Below are positions 13,485 through 27,824 of a stretch of DNA of 64,000 bases, piece by piece. The stretch is from Eledone cirrhosa (Eukaryota): contig OZ024745.1 in assembly GCA_964016885.1 (NCBI GenBank), forward strand, positions 107,074,001 to 107,138,000, in the 5' to 3' direction. Within the stretch, counting starts at the first letter, position 1. Each line of letters starts with the position of its first letter. A program made the translations under genes and the position numbers. The notes under the pieces are model-generated. The model saw only the letters and a program-made list of their open reading frames with translations. It did not search any database and was not told where the DNA came from.

Positions 13485-15286
13485 TTACCACGGGGGTATC
13501 GGCGGGTTGTTTGGTGGGGTGGTGGTTTGTGATGTGGTGGGGACGTCACTGTGTGGTGGGGTGTGGGTGTTTGGTGGGGGAAGGGTGTCTGGGGTGGTGG
13601 TGGGGAAACATTTCAAGAGTACGCGGTTGCTAGGTCTAGTACAGGGGTTCCCCACGTCCTTGGGAAAGTTCTGTTTGAACATTGCGTAGGTGTCCTTTGG
13701 GACACTAATCATTTTTAAATGCGGTTTAGTCGCCGCGTTGGTGAACATTTTCCTTTCGGTTTCCACCGCAGGGTCTTTGTCTATTGTTTGCACAAGTGTT
13801 TTGTTGTTTGTGTTGATGTATGTATACTGTTTTTGTTGTGTTGTGTTTGTTTTTGTTTGTTGTTCTTGTGTGTGATCGCGTTTTGTAGTATGTGTTATGT
13901 TTTCGGGAGGGGTGGGTTCTTTTGTTTGTGCTAGTGTCTGTGTTATTGTTGAATTTTTGTTGATGTGGTGTCTTCTTTTCTTTCTTTTTTACCGGTTGAA
14001 AGGGTTCTCCCTCGTCGTCACTGGGTGTCCTCGTCGTAAGATGTCCTCTTCCGTGTTGTTGGCGAAGGGTATATTTTGGGGTTTTGTTGTGGTTGCTTTT
14101 GTATTTGTTTTAGGTGGGGAGGGGTTGGGTGGGACAGTGTCTTGTGTTGTTATTTTTTCGTATTGTTGTGGTTGTTGTTGTGGTGGTGGTTTTGTTGTTT
14201 GTGTGGGGTGGGCAGAAGCGTCTTTTTTTGGTGGGCATTTAAAAGGGGACAAGAAGCCCTCAGGTGACCACTTCTTGAACAGTGGCAGCATGAAGGCCGC
14301 CTGCCCTCAACAGAAATGTTTATGAAGGCGACTCCATCCAGGGACACACGCTGCGGTATTCTTGCTATCCATTCTGGTCTCATTTGGACCAGAACTTCAA
14401 GACTATTACCGCCGAATACGCCCCAGTGGATTCGTCTATCGAAAGGATTGTGTCCACATCTTCTAAGAATCCCGTTAGCACCCACCAAATGCTCACATTT
14501 GGCCTGATGCCCGAGATTCTTATCTTTTGAGTTCTTTCCCCAAATATGTGGGGAAAAGGTGTATGCTTTGGATACAATTGGCGACACAGAATATTTCCGT
14601 GTCGCCAATTCATCTTGCATTAAAACAGATATGCCTCGATACAGTTTCCCTTTCTGTATGAAAGCGATATCCTTCCAGGCACTACTAAGGACCAGCTCAA
14701 TTTCGCTTTGGGACAATTGAGCCGGTTTCCTAGTCGCGTTCGAAACTGTCATAAAAATTACGGTTCTGAGGACTGTGTCCCTTCTAATTTCTTCGGGGCA
14801 GGTAATTGTGAATTCCCCATCTTCCCCGTACTTACACAATCCCTTGCTTCTTTCAGCAATTTCTTGGCATTCGAGATGTCCAGTGCCTTGTATGTCTGCG
14901 TTTCTCGAACCGCCTGTGGCTGTGGGTCCGTTTTCTTTCGTGTTGTTATCATTGTTGTTGTTGTTATCCGTGTTGGCTTGCTTTTTTCCTTTGTTGGTGT
15001 TGTCATTATTGCTGTTGTTGGTTGTGTTGTTATTGTCATTGTTGCTGTTGCTGGTTGTGTTGTTATTGTCATTGTTGCTGTTGCTGGTTGTGTTGTTATT
15101 GTCATTGTTGTTCTTGTTTGTGTAATTGTTACTTTTGGGGTTTTCACCCATTTCCACAATTTTTTCTTTTGATTCCGTGGTGTCTTTTGCGGGGGTGAGG
15201 AGGGAAGGTTTACAGCGTTGTGCTGCTACCTTCTCTCTATCACTTTCCTTGAGGGGCGTGGCATGCGTCGTGTTAATGGCGTCCAT
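13485..15286 (-). pseudogene. Tx1-type ORF1 (Asn-rich repeats, CCHC knuckle, Pro/Thr/Lys tail), frameshifted
   Basis: ISVEGRRPSCCHCSRSGHLRASCP = Cx2Cx4Hx4C; ORFs 14150-15286, 13989-14291 and 13485-13793 overlap or lie in series. Confidence 0.8.
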
Positions 15287-15505
15287 TGTTACTAAACGAC
15301 TTTTTATCGATAACTTATAACTATCAAATTTCGCCCCAAAAAGGGGCGAAATTTATTTTGCCCAACGTCTGCAGGCCCAGACGAGGGGTTAAACACAACA
15401 AATAACAAGTAGCTTAAACAAACCTACCGCTTCTCGTAATAATTTCCGACAAAATGCAGGAGCGAAACAAAAACACGTCTATCTTCTTCGAGATAGATAG
15501 ATAGA

Positions 15506-16280
15506 TTTCTTTATTAGCCACAAGGGCGCAACAAGAAAGGGGACAATACAAAGACATGTCGGGGATTTTACATACAGTCGTGTAAAAAATATAAAAACAA
15601 ACAATTTCAACAATCGAAATCCCCAATAGGGGGGAGGCGCCACAAATGGGTTGTTTAATACCCCGTCGATAGAACAACCCTCAACTCAAGGAGCGTGTTG
15701 TGCAAGTGCTCCTTTCTTCCTTTTGCTCTCTTCCTCAACCTACAGGCTTATAAACAGAGAAGGCCCAATCACTCGGGCCATTTTCGCTTCATTCACCCAC
15801 CTTTCAGTAAATTTACTGGGGTGCAGTGCCTCTCTCTCCACCCTGATTCTCCTTCTAAAGTGATACTTAAAGAATGGAATCAATTGTTGTCCGGAGAGAA
15901 AGGCATCTGTCCTCAGTCCTCTCAACCTCGTCCACCATATAACTTCTTTCACCATAGCCACCGTACAGAGGAAAACCGCCTCTCTTTCGTTTTTGAAAGA
16001 GTCTGGCGGTTTGATCCTTACTATGGACTCGGCAGTCAACTGTATTTGTCCCATACGCGACAGCAGTTGTTCTGCATAGTTCCACAGGTCACTTACGCCC
16101 GGGCAGTGTACAATTGCGTGCAGAACTGTTTCAATGTCCTGCGCACATCTTGGACACGTCCTCTTGGAAGGATCCCTGCCAGGGCGTCCGTGCCTGTAGA
16201 TCTTGTCACGAACCGGTAGAGCTCCTCGGTAGCACTGCCAGGCCAGGGACCTCTGGAAGTTGTCCATAGGTCCCGGGCGG
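15506..16280 (-). mobile_element. 5'-truncated copy of a related Tx1 LINE, (GATA)n on both sides
   Basis: PGPMDNFQRSLAWQCYRGALPVRDK..GPSLFISL is homologous to 9971-10520; similar 3'UTR. Confidence 0.9.
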
Positions 16281-16356
16281 AAAGATAGATAGATAGATAG
16301 ATAGATAACTTTCTTTAGACAAGCATTAGACAGACGCAGTGAGAGACACAACCAGA

Positions 16357-16387
<31 letters not shown>

Positions 16388-16503
16388 TTATTTATTTATT
16401 AAAATAACATATTAAACTTTAAGCAAAGAATCGCTGCTTTCACCCTCAACGAGATCTTCTTATCAAGCCCTCTTTGGATTTTAGTCTTCAAATTTATTAT
16501 TAT

Positions 16504-16577
<74 letters not shown>

Positions 16578-16607
16578 GGGGAGAGAGAGGGAGAGAGAGA
16601 TAAATAA

Positions 16608-16667
<60 letters not shown>

Positions 16668-17017
16668 GTAGAAGGTTTTCTAGAGAGTAAAGCTATTTTT
16701 GTGTAGTTATTCCGAAGAAATGCTTGCGTGAGTCGTATTAATAACAAATAGTTCTTACCCAGTATGGAATTCATTCAAAATGGCAGACAGAGATATTTCG
16801 GATAGACAAATAGATAAGAATATATATAGAGAGAGTAATGGATCTCTCTATAATGCAATATGGTGAGGCAGATAGATAGATCAATAATGAGGCAGACCTA
16901 CAGCTGCATAGAGAATTACATTGATATATGTGAGTGTGTGGACACAAATGCATACACACACACATACAAACGCACACAAACACACACACACACATATATA
17001 TATATGTATATATGTAA

Positions 17018-17064
<47 letters not shown>

Positions 17065-17125
17065 TACATATATATATATACATATACATATATATATACA
17101 TATATATATATACATATATATACAC

Positions 17126-17158
<33 letters not shown>

Positions 17159-17189
17159 CATACATATATATATATATATATACATACAC

Positions 17190-17225
<36 letters not shown>

Positions 17226-17838
17226 GGGGAAGATAATGAGGAACAGAGAAGTAGAGATAAAGAGTGAAAAGGCGAGACAAACAGAGTAATCAACTGCAAT
17301 ATAGTCACCTGACATTCGACTTAGGAAAGTCATGTCAGCCGACATTGCCAAATAATGGACAATTACCATTATTATCACTCGGTAATATGGACGCCTTTTC
17401 AGATTTCGGTCTCCTCATTGTTACTTTAGAACCATATTTACCCAGCACAACATGATTTTATGCAATATTCTATTATTTCTGTATGCATAATTTCGTAGTC
17501 ATCTTAGCCGTCTCAAAGACACATTTTGACATTCTTCAAAAGACCTCATTCTTGAATATTGCCTCTATTTCTTTTTATTTATTTTAGAATTTATCTTTGT
17601 TTATTTTTATGTTCTGTTCAGATGTTGCTCACGAGGATGATGTTCATCATCATGATCATAGTCATGATGATTCTAATGTTCAATATGATGTTTCGGATGT
17701 TGTTGTTGATAGAATTAGTGGTAGTATTAGAATTATTAGTTGATGAATTCATTGAAACTAAGAAACAAATAAATTAAAATAAGCAGTTTATAAATTAACA
17801 AATAAAATAAAGTAGAAAAATATATATATTAAATATAA

Positions 17839-18150
17839 AATAATTGTTTCTACTTTAGGCACAAGGCCAGCAATTATCCCAGTGCTTTATTTTAGGGTTG
17901 GACGCCATGCTTTCTAGCATAGTTACGTCCCTTTACGGTCTGAGTTCAAATCCCGCCAAGGTTAACTTTGCCTTTCATCCTTACGGGGTCGATAAAATAA
18001 AGTACCAGTAATGTACTGGATAATTGCTGGCCTTGTGCCTAACGTAGAAACATTTATTTATTTATTACTTTCTTTCTGGAGGCTTGACTCACAGTTATTA
18101 TAAACATGACTATTGCCTGAAGTAGAAATCATCATCACCATCATCATCCC

Positions 18151-18205
<55 letters not shown>

Positions 18206-19226
18206 GATAAAATAAAATACCAGTCATGGAGTGAGGTCGATTTAATCGACTAACCCCTTCCCTTCAAATTGCTAGACTTGTGCCAAAATAGAAAGAATTA
18301 TTTTTATTATTATTGATTGGCAGTATCGGTAGAGGGTTGGACGCCATGCTTTCTAGCATAGTTACGTCCCTTTACGGTCTGAGTTCAAATCCCGCCGAGG
18401 TTAACTTTGCCTTTCATCCTTACGGGGTCGATAAAATAAAGTACCAGTAATGTACTGGGTATTTGCTGGCCTTGTGCCAAAAAGTAGAAACCATTATTAT
18501 TGATTGGCAGTATCGGTAGAGGGTCGGACGCCATGCTTTGACGCACTGAGTTAAGGCCCTTGCCATTCTGAGTTCAAATCCCGCCGAGGTTAACTTTGCC
18601 TTTCATCCTTACGGGGTCGATAACATAAAGTACCAGTAATACACTGGGGTAATAGCTGGCCTTGTGCCAAAGTAGAAACAATTATTATTATAGTTAAAGT
18701 GAGGGCGGTCAATTTGCAGTATTGGTAGATAGTCAGGCACTATACTTTGCAACATAGAGTTACGGCCCTTTACGGTATGAGTTCAAATCCCGTCGTGGTT
18801 AACTTTGCTTTACAGGGTCGATAAAATAAAGCACCAGTAATGTATTGACGTCGATTTAATCGAATTTCCCCTTCCCAAAATTGCTGGCCTTGTGCCTGTA
18901 TAAGAAACCATTATTAAAGGCAGTGAAGGCGGTGGAATGGAAAGTATTGGTAGAGCTTCGGATACCTTGTTTCATGGCATAGTGTCACGACCCTTTACGC
19001 TCTGACTACAAATTCCGGTGAGGTTAGCTGCGTGGTTAGCTTAATAATAGCAATAATAATGAGAAATTATTATTATATTGCAGCATAGAGTTACGGCCCT
19101 TTACTTCTGTGTTCGAATTACGCTGGGTTTAGTTTTACATTTCATCCTTATGGCGTCGATAAAATAAAGTACCAGTCACGCACTTTCCCCTCACCAAAAA
19201 TGTGCGTAAATCAGAAACCAATATTA
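17839..19226 (+). mobile_element. Cluster of ~8 full or partial tRNA-derived SINE copies (Meta-domain-like core); first piece inverted
   Basis: A box tggcagtatcgg, B box gagttcaaatcc, core actttgcctttcatccttacggggtcgataaaataaagtaccag, (tta)n tails. Confidence 0.9.
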
Positions 19227-20146
19227 TGTTCGATAGTTTAACATTGTCTAGTATATATGTAAACATTCGTTACACATATTTACGATAGAGCCAGTGCGAA
19301 ATTATAACATATTCTGTGTGGGTTAATTAAAATGATGACGTATGATCTTTGAAAGAATTGAATTATATAAATTGAAGCTTCCCGTGTATCACAAGTATTT
19401 GAAGAATACACTATTTAGCATGGAACTATAATTCATTCCTGCTAATCTAGGCTTATACCAAGCTTGTCTCTTTCAACAAATAGTGCTCATCTCAAAGAAA
19501 CGTCTTTGCAACTCACCCTCTTTAAACATAAATTGTATGCGACTATATTAATCGAAATCAGTCCAAATACTAGGCATTACATTCCCAGTAATTCTTACAT
19601 CATTTGCCTTACATATATCGAAAGAATACGTCTCGATTTCATTGTTTTGTAACGAGTTCAATTGGAAATAATTCGCGACAAAACATATTCCAGAGCACAC
19701 TTGTGAAAGAATATTACAGAATCAATATTAATTATATATTGTAATACATTTGACAAGGTACAATATTAATCAGAATCTAAAAATAATACTTGTTATACCT
19801 AAATTATACCTATATAGCTGTTCCGAATATTCACAGAAAAAAATCCACTAATTGCCATGGTTAAAATAAACAAGGTAGAATTAGTGAACTTTTAAGTAAT
19901 AGTTTTTATCCTACTTTCTTTTGTATCTTGTATGCATTAACATATATGATTAATAATGTTTCTATATATATAGAAAAATTATTAATCATATATATATATA
20001 TATATATAAAGAGAGAGAGAGATAAATCGACCAAAATATAGGGTAGTGTCCAATCCGTATGAAGAACTCAATGTAATCCAAATATCAGGAAAAGAGAAGA
20101 TACATTCAAAAATTTTCGATGAAAATCATAGGAAAACAGAGTCAAG

Positions 20147-20559
<413 letters not shown>

Positions 20560-20882
20560 ATAATAAGAGAATGAAAAGTAGTTTCAGATGTTAAAGTCCT
20601 TTATTGATAAGGCTGTGATACATATTTCTATGATGACAGTGGCCACGCGATTCCGCCTAAACAGTGACATGATCTCATCAGACAGCTTCTTACATAAAAA
20701 GGTTACGTTCCCGAGGCAATACAAATTGAAACGACAAAGGAACGGACAAGGTGATGTTCTTGAGGTCTTCGCCCGTTCCTTTGTGAGCCCCAATCCGCCT
20801 CCGCCTAAATATATTCCATCATTCCTACGTGGTAAATGTACGTTAAGTGCTTGAATTGAATTGCATCAATATTTACCGTAAG

Positions 20883-20987
<105 letters not shown>

Positions 20988-21145
20988 GTATATATATAAA
21001 CACACACACACATACATATATAAATATATATATATATAGATATAAGTATTGAAGTTTCCGTTGAAAATTGAAAAAGTCATGGGAGTGAAGAGTGCTCTAT
21101 GTAAGTTACAGAGCTAAATTTAATGTATAATAAACAATACAATAT

Positions 21146-21223
21146 AATTACCTCATTACCATAGATTTCCCGAATAAGACGAATACAAGAAACGTCCGCA
21201 TTCGTTCGTCAGACAAGGCAATT
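21146..21223 (-). ncRNA. Type I hammerhead ribozyme with 11-bp stem I
   Basis: rc: aattgccttgt CTGACGA a cgaatgcggacg..cgtcttattcg g GAAA tc tat g GTA atgaggtaatt. Confidence 0.8.
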
Positions 21224-21502
21224 TAAAACATAGTGAAATATTTGAAAAATCTCCTCAAGAAAGGCAAAAGTTTAACGGGCAAAACAAATATATAAATAAA
21301 AGTAATGCAAGAGATATATAAAAATAAATAAGGAAATATAGTAAGGGTATGTGTATAAATGTGTGTATATGCACCTACAAATGTACATATGTGTGTATAT
21401 AGTGAAAAAATGTGTGCGTAAGTACATACATGAGGGCAAGCATATCAGTGTATGTGTGACCACAAATACGTATATAATATATGTTGAAAAAGGAATTGTA
21501 AG

Positions 21503-21545
<43 letters not shown>

Positions 21546-21703
21546 ATACTTTGGGAGGGTCATGTTGCCAATAAGAAACACACGCACCAGTTGCTTTCAC
21601 TTCAATTTATTATATATTTATAAATTTATAAATTTACAAATCTACAAACCTATAAATTTCTGGTTGGTTGGTTGGTTCCACAACCAGATAGTTGTTTATA
21701 TAT

Positions 21704-21748
21704 AGTCATAGTCCTTTCGTCACACACTCTGTGACCTCTTCAGTGACT
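21704..21748 (-). ncRNA. Type I minimal hammerhead ribozyme
   Basis: rc: agtca CTGAAGA g gtcaca gagtg tgtgac GAAA gga CTA tgact. Confidence 0.8.
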
Positions 21749-21889
21749 GGGGATTCCTTTCTTTGTTTCTGTGCCTTTCCTTTCTTCTGTCCTACGCTAT
21801 TTTTCTGAAGTCGGCGATCTACTTCTGTCGCGTTAAGTCACATCATGTCGTCTGCAAATTCCAGCCGACAGATTTTACTACCGTAGATA

Positions 21890-22100
21890 GGCAGAATCAT
21901 TGGAGCATCGAACAAAATGATTTGCGGCTTACAGTTACGGTTCTTTGCGCCCTGAATTCCAATCCTGCAGAGGTTTGCTATGCCTTTAATTCATATGGGG
22001 TCGAAAAAATAAAGCATCAGTAACACACTGGGTTGATTTAATCGAAATTTCCTTTTCCCTGCAAATTGCTGGCCCCGTGTCGAATGTAGAAACAATTATT
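21890..22100 (+). mobile_element. Diverged tRNA-derived SINE
   Basis: Degenerate match to the 18315 consensus. Confidence 0.75.
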
Positions 22101-22277
22101 TATGTGTGAATGCGTATGCATGTGAATGAAACTGTGTGTATTCATGTTTGTGTGTGGGTAGATGTAAATAATCTTGTATATATATACATATAATATATTT
22201 ATGTGTATCTATATATATTATATATATATAATATATGTATGTGTATCTATATATATATATGTATGTGTATATATGTA

Positions 22278-22382
<105 letters not shown>

Positions 22383-22418
22383 ATACCTATATATATATAC
22401 CTATATATGTATATGTAT

Positions 22419-22481
<63 letters not shown>

Positions 22482-22488
<7 letters not shown>

Positions 22489-22832
22489 TGCCCCCTCGTC
22501 ATCGAGTATAGCCATTGCACGATATAACATTATCAATAATTATTAATTAATTCTATCGTGCAATGCCTGTGCGTGAAGATATTTTTTAAAGTGAGGAAAG
22601 ACTGTGCACTGAGCCAATCCCACTCTCTGAGCGACAGTAGCTATAACCCGAAAAGAAGAAAAGATCAACATCATTGGTAACTACTGAGCCGCAGGTTTTA
22701 TATCGGAGTTATCCCAGTTTCCTGAGTTGCCTTCTCCTAGAAGAATGCCCTGACAAAGGCTTGGGGTCCTTTACTCCCAGTGGTTTAACCGCGCGGTCGG
22801 GTGTCCAGCCCGACTATTTCTATGTCCCCGCG
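22482..22832 (-). mobile_element. Diverged relative of the 6721/7949 RTE-related element
   Basis: Shared blocks gcaatgcctgtgc, cccactctct, aaagaagaa..tcaacatcattgg, ccttctcctagaa..tgacaaaggct. Confidence 0.75.
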
Positions 22833-22870
22833 TATATATATACACATGCACCCATGTATATACATATACA

Positions 22871-22984
<114 letters not shown>

Positions 22985-24335
22985 TATTTATGTTATGTGA
23001 GTAACTTGTTTGTGTGTGTGTGCGTGCATGTGTGTGTGTGTGTGTGTGCATGTGTGTATGTATATGTGAGCATGCACGCGCATGCACATATACACGCATA
23101 TACACGTAAACCTGTCTATAAAATGCTACGTGTATTCATCCGGAGTTGATGCTTATAGCGTACTTGTTTGTTTATTCTTCGCAAGGGGACTTGATATAAC
23201 TACAATAGTGTGTTCCCCTGTCCTCTACCCCTTTTCTTCTCATCATTCTCGCCATGAATCTCGAGAATATATCTGTTTATTCAAAACATAAGCATAAAGA
23301 CAAAATCAAAAATAACATAACGACTGCAATCTCGGCAACAACAATTGTAACAACAACACTTGTAAGAACAACAACAATTGTAACAACAACAACACTTGTA
23401 ACAACAACAACAATTCTAGCAACAATAAAGTTGTATTGAGAGAGAGAGAGAAGAGGAGAAAAAAAAACAACGCACCTTGTTTTGCTGCACAAAACAAAGG
23501 TAGCCAATATTGTGGCGCCATCTGCCGATAGAAAAGCATTCCATGACTTTCCTAGTATTCATCTCTCGTGCAATTAGAATTCATCATCATCATCATCACC
23601 ATCATCATCACCAGCACCACCATCACCAGCACTCTCATCACCAGTACCACCATCATCACCAGCACCATCATCATCATCATCATCACCACCACCATCCTCA
23701 TCCTTCTCATCATCATCATCATCATTATCATCATCATCAACATCACCAGCACCATCATCGTCATCAATGTTATTTTTTAACGTTTTCATTCTTCTCCCCA
23801 ATTTTCTAGTTTGCTTCTTTTTTCATTGATTGATTGATTCTTTCAGTCATTCTTTGATAAATTCATTCACAAATTCCTTCACTCCATTCATTCTCTTCTA
23901 TTATTTAATATCTGCTGTGTTTATTTATTGTTGCTTTTTTACCTTGTTTATTAATCTCCTACCGATATTTTACAGTTATATTCTCTTATATTACCGTCGT
24001 TTTAATCTATTTCTCCTATTTACACTGCAGATCAAAAGATCAAAACCACCACCTCATTTCCCTCCTCCTCCTCTTCCTCCTCCTCCTCCCCCTCCTCCTC
24101 CTCCTCCTCATCATCATCATCATCCTTCTCTTCCTCCTGTTCCTTCTTCTTCTTCTTCTTCTTCTTATTCTTCTTCTTCTTCCTCCTTTTCCCTCTCATC
24201 CTCCTTCACTTCCTCCTTTTTCTTCTTCTTCTTCTTCTTCTTCTTCTTCTTCTTCTTCTAACTAATAGTAATAACACTATCACATTAACTAATAGTAATA
24301 ACACTAATAGTAATAACACTATCACATTATTAAAC

Positions 24336-24522
24336 TGTGGTGGGTTGGCAGTATCGGAAAGAGGGTCGGACGCCATGCTTTGCAGTAAAGAGTTACGTCC
24401 CTTTACGATCTGAGTTCAAATCCCGCCGAGGTTAACTTTGCCTTTCATCCTTACGGGGTCGATAAAATAAAGTACCAGTAATGTACTGGGATAATTGCTG
24501 GCCTTGTGCCAAAAGTAGAAAT
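24336..24522 (+). mobile_element. tRNA-derived SINE
   Basis: Matches consensus. Confidence 0.9.
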
Positions 24523-25237
24523 AAATATTAAACTGCATCGCTTGACGAAATAGAACGAAGGCGACAAGAAAAAGAAACAAAATAAAAATGACCATAGCAA
24601 GCTAAGAAAAAGAATTCCAGAAAAAAGAAAATATAAAAAATACAATAAAAATACGTGTTAACGAATATAGCAAACAAAAAGTAATAAAATAAAATAAAAT
24701 AAAAGTAATAAAATAAAATAAAATAAAATAAAATAACTATCTAGAAAAAAAAAAATTGTTCGTATGGAAAAGGATATTACAAGAGCTATGTTCAATAACC
24801 AATAGATCTTGGAGCGTTATTCAGTGTTAGAATTTATGGTGGACGGACATCAATTCGCAATGCCATAGCAACGACAAATGGCAATCAGACAGAAGAAATG
24901 ACAAGGCAAAGAACTAGAACCACTTTAAAAGATGGCGCTAGGATATTACGGAATAGCGAAGAAAGCAACATTTTCCTTTGTATCGTACGACGCCAAGGAA
25001 ATCCCCAAAAAAAAAGACAAAAAAAAAATATAACTGAAAAAAATTATCAAAAATGTATAGACATCAGAAAAAGAAAATACGGCTCTAGAAAATAACGAAT
25101 ATTGAAGAATGTAGCAATTACGAATTGTCTTGCAGCTTGGTATTTTACTCACATGATTAATAATAGATCACATATCACACAGACACACACACACATGTTC
25201 ATTAATATATAGATACATATATATAAGTATTGTTTTA

Positions 25238-25273
<36 letters not shown>

Positions 25274-26930
25274 TGTATGTATGTATGTATGTATGTATGT
25301 ATGTATGTATGTATGTATATGTGCATGTTACTAGTTGCAGCTAGTCGTTACTTTCAGCCAACTTATTTGATCATATGTTCATTTGATTCAAGTCGGATAT
25401 TAGCTTATTTTAGCACTAATGTACCACACTTTCTTACTTGCTACTTCTCTTCTTCACAAATTATATAGCACTTTGTTACCTAGCAACTCCCAAAGGAAAA
25501 TCTCCAAATTAGTCTCGGTTGCGTAACTGTCTGCTCACGCCAAATGTGAGCTACCATCTAAAACCGAATACCTCTTTCGTAAAACTCATTGAATTTTGCT
25601 GCAGAAACATCAACTTTCTATATTTTGTAACACGCTTTTCATAATCATATAATAGCGTTTTACTAAACATATTTTTATCGTCCCTGTCACATTTTGGTTG
25701 AGTTGACGCTTGCTTATTAGGCGTTTTCTCCTCTTCTTACCTATTGCATTCCTGTATTTGTGTCTATATGTTGTTATGCATATTTAGTATTACCCTTGTA
25801 ATTAAATAGTTCGTCAATAAATTTATCATTAATACTGATTTTACTACATCATATACGAGTATCTTACATACAAGGGAACATTTCCTGGCTTTCAAATTTT
25901 CTGAGTACCTGCCACAAGCTGCATTGTTTACAGTGTCAAATACCTCAGTGACGTCAAATAAGACCGTGACGTGAGTGCTGTCCTGAATATTTCTCCTGGA
26001 TTTGGTGGACCATATCTATTGTGCGTCTTCCATTTTTGAATACGCAATGTGATTCAGGCAGAACTACTTGGATTTTCTTTCTCGACCTCTTGAGCGAAAC
26101 ATTTGTGAGAATCATAATTTTCCGGATTATAGCAAGGAAATTCTCTCGGTGGCTCCCACAATACTTCTTATCACCTTGTTTTAAAATGAGGAAAATACTA
26201 GCATATTTACAGTTTTGTAAGACAGCACAAGTCTCTCATGATTCCAGCAGCAACTATCGAACACTACAATGTTACGAAACAGAGGAAAGACTGGTTAACC
26301 TACACAATAGTTTTGTGTCTTTTTGAGGTGGAAAGGTACATTTATATGGCTATAGGTTGCTAGACAAAACTACTAGAATACAGGAGTATTGAAAATGGAG
26401 TGGAAAATTATTTTGGAGTGGAAAACCTAGAGGAGAGAAATACGATTCTATTGGTTTTACTGTACAAAAGGTATTATGGCCAAATTAGACGGAAGAGCAA
26501 CGACTTTTAGCTAGCGGTTCAAGTGCTACCTTTGAAGAAGGATGCCATGTAAATCATGATGGCGCAGAAGAGGTGATTTACAATACAATACACGTAGTTA
26601 TGTTCCATTGGAGAAGACACACGTTCCTTTATTGCATCTTGGTAAAGTTTTCATTCGTACTCGGAGTGATGTATAGCTAATAGGTTACTTAGTAAACGGG
26701 GCGACGCGACTACATGCACGATACTTAAGAATTAACATTTTAAAATAGTGTAAATACCAGTATCTAGTCAAATATCTGATAGTCAAAGATCTGTTAATAA
26801 TGTAAACCAGTTCAATGTTTTCATAGTCGGGTTGTCAGTGACAAAATCGACAATAGTTCATGATACTATAACCTAATGAATAGTAAGATTTAAGGAGTAT
26901 AAAATTTAAAGCAACTATATATATATATAT

Positions 26931-27127
26931 ATAGGAACCAGTAAGACCCCGACAGCTGAGCTCAAGCCGTTTCGACGGCTAATTCTGGACTCCAGAATTA
27001 GCCGTCGAAACGGCTTGAGCTCAGCTGTCGGGGTCTTACTGGTTCCTATTACCCACTCTACTACCTCAAGTATCGAGTACTTTGGTGCGTTATGGTCCAC
27101 CTGGTTCCTTACCACATTTCCTTCGTT
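26931..27127 (+). mobile_element. Fold-back half-hammerhead element in (TA)n, copy 2
   Basis: Essentially perfect palindrome 26931-27049 centred on ctgga-c-tccag; same tail as copy 1. Confidence 0.85.
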
Positions 27128-27663
27128 ATATATACATATATATATATATACGCGCGCGCGTATGTGTGTGTTATGTGTATGTTATGTGTGTGTTGTGTGT
27201 GTGTGTGTGTGTACCTTTATTTCGCTATTAATTTAGTTCTAAATTAATAAAATACATGGACGTTACGATATGGGTATTATATAATTATATATAAGAAACG
27301 TACTTATTTATATCCTTTATACATATTAATTTTTGTTTAATTTTATTACTTTAATACTAACTATATTACATAGACCCCATACAAAATGAGCCTTTTATAG
27401 GACACTTCTGGCAAAATATCCATATATATGTTTAATACAGTTTTTGCAGTTATATATATATGGAGTGATATTCCAATTATATATATTGCGAACATGAATT
27501 CTTTATATATTTTTGAGCACAATGTATGATATTCTATCATACAACATTTGTCATATTCCTTTTGATGTTTACTTCAGTACATTATATTTATAGCATTTAC
27601 AGTGTATATTATTTATATTATGAATGGAGATGCCTGTATGAATACTAATTTAGGTGCATGCAA

Positions 27664-27824
<161 letters not shown>

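Larger units (their letters stand above)
9732..15490 (-). mobile_element. Near full-length Tx1/L1-clade LINE flanked by (GATA)n
   Basis: ORF1 with zinc knuckle; ORF2 with APE, RT and C-terminal CxxC..HC; GC-rich island; AATAAA near 3' end. Confidence 0.92.

Noticed and set aside
17839-19226. Repeat-spacer appearance suggesting a CRISPR array or tRNA gene cluster
   Set aside because: Units are ~190-bp SINEs with tails, there are no cas genes, and the heads do not fold as cloverleafs
24755-24860. Myb/SANT-like peptide VWKRILQELCSITNRSWSVIQC*NLW
   Set aside because: Too short, contains a stop, and has no supporting transposase nearby
26511-26641. AG..GT bounded open segment (SGSSATFEEGCHVNHDGAEE..)
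   Set aside because: Weak acceptor and no recognisable homology
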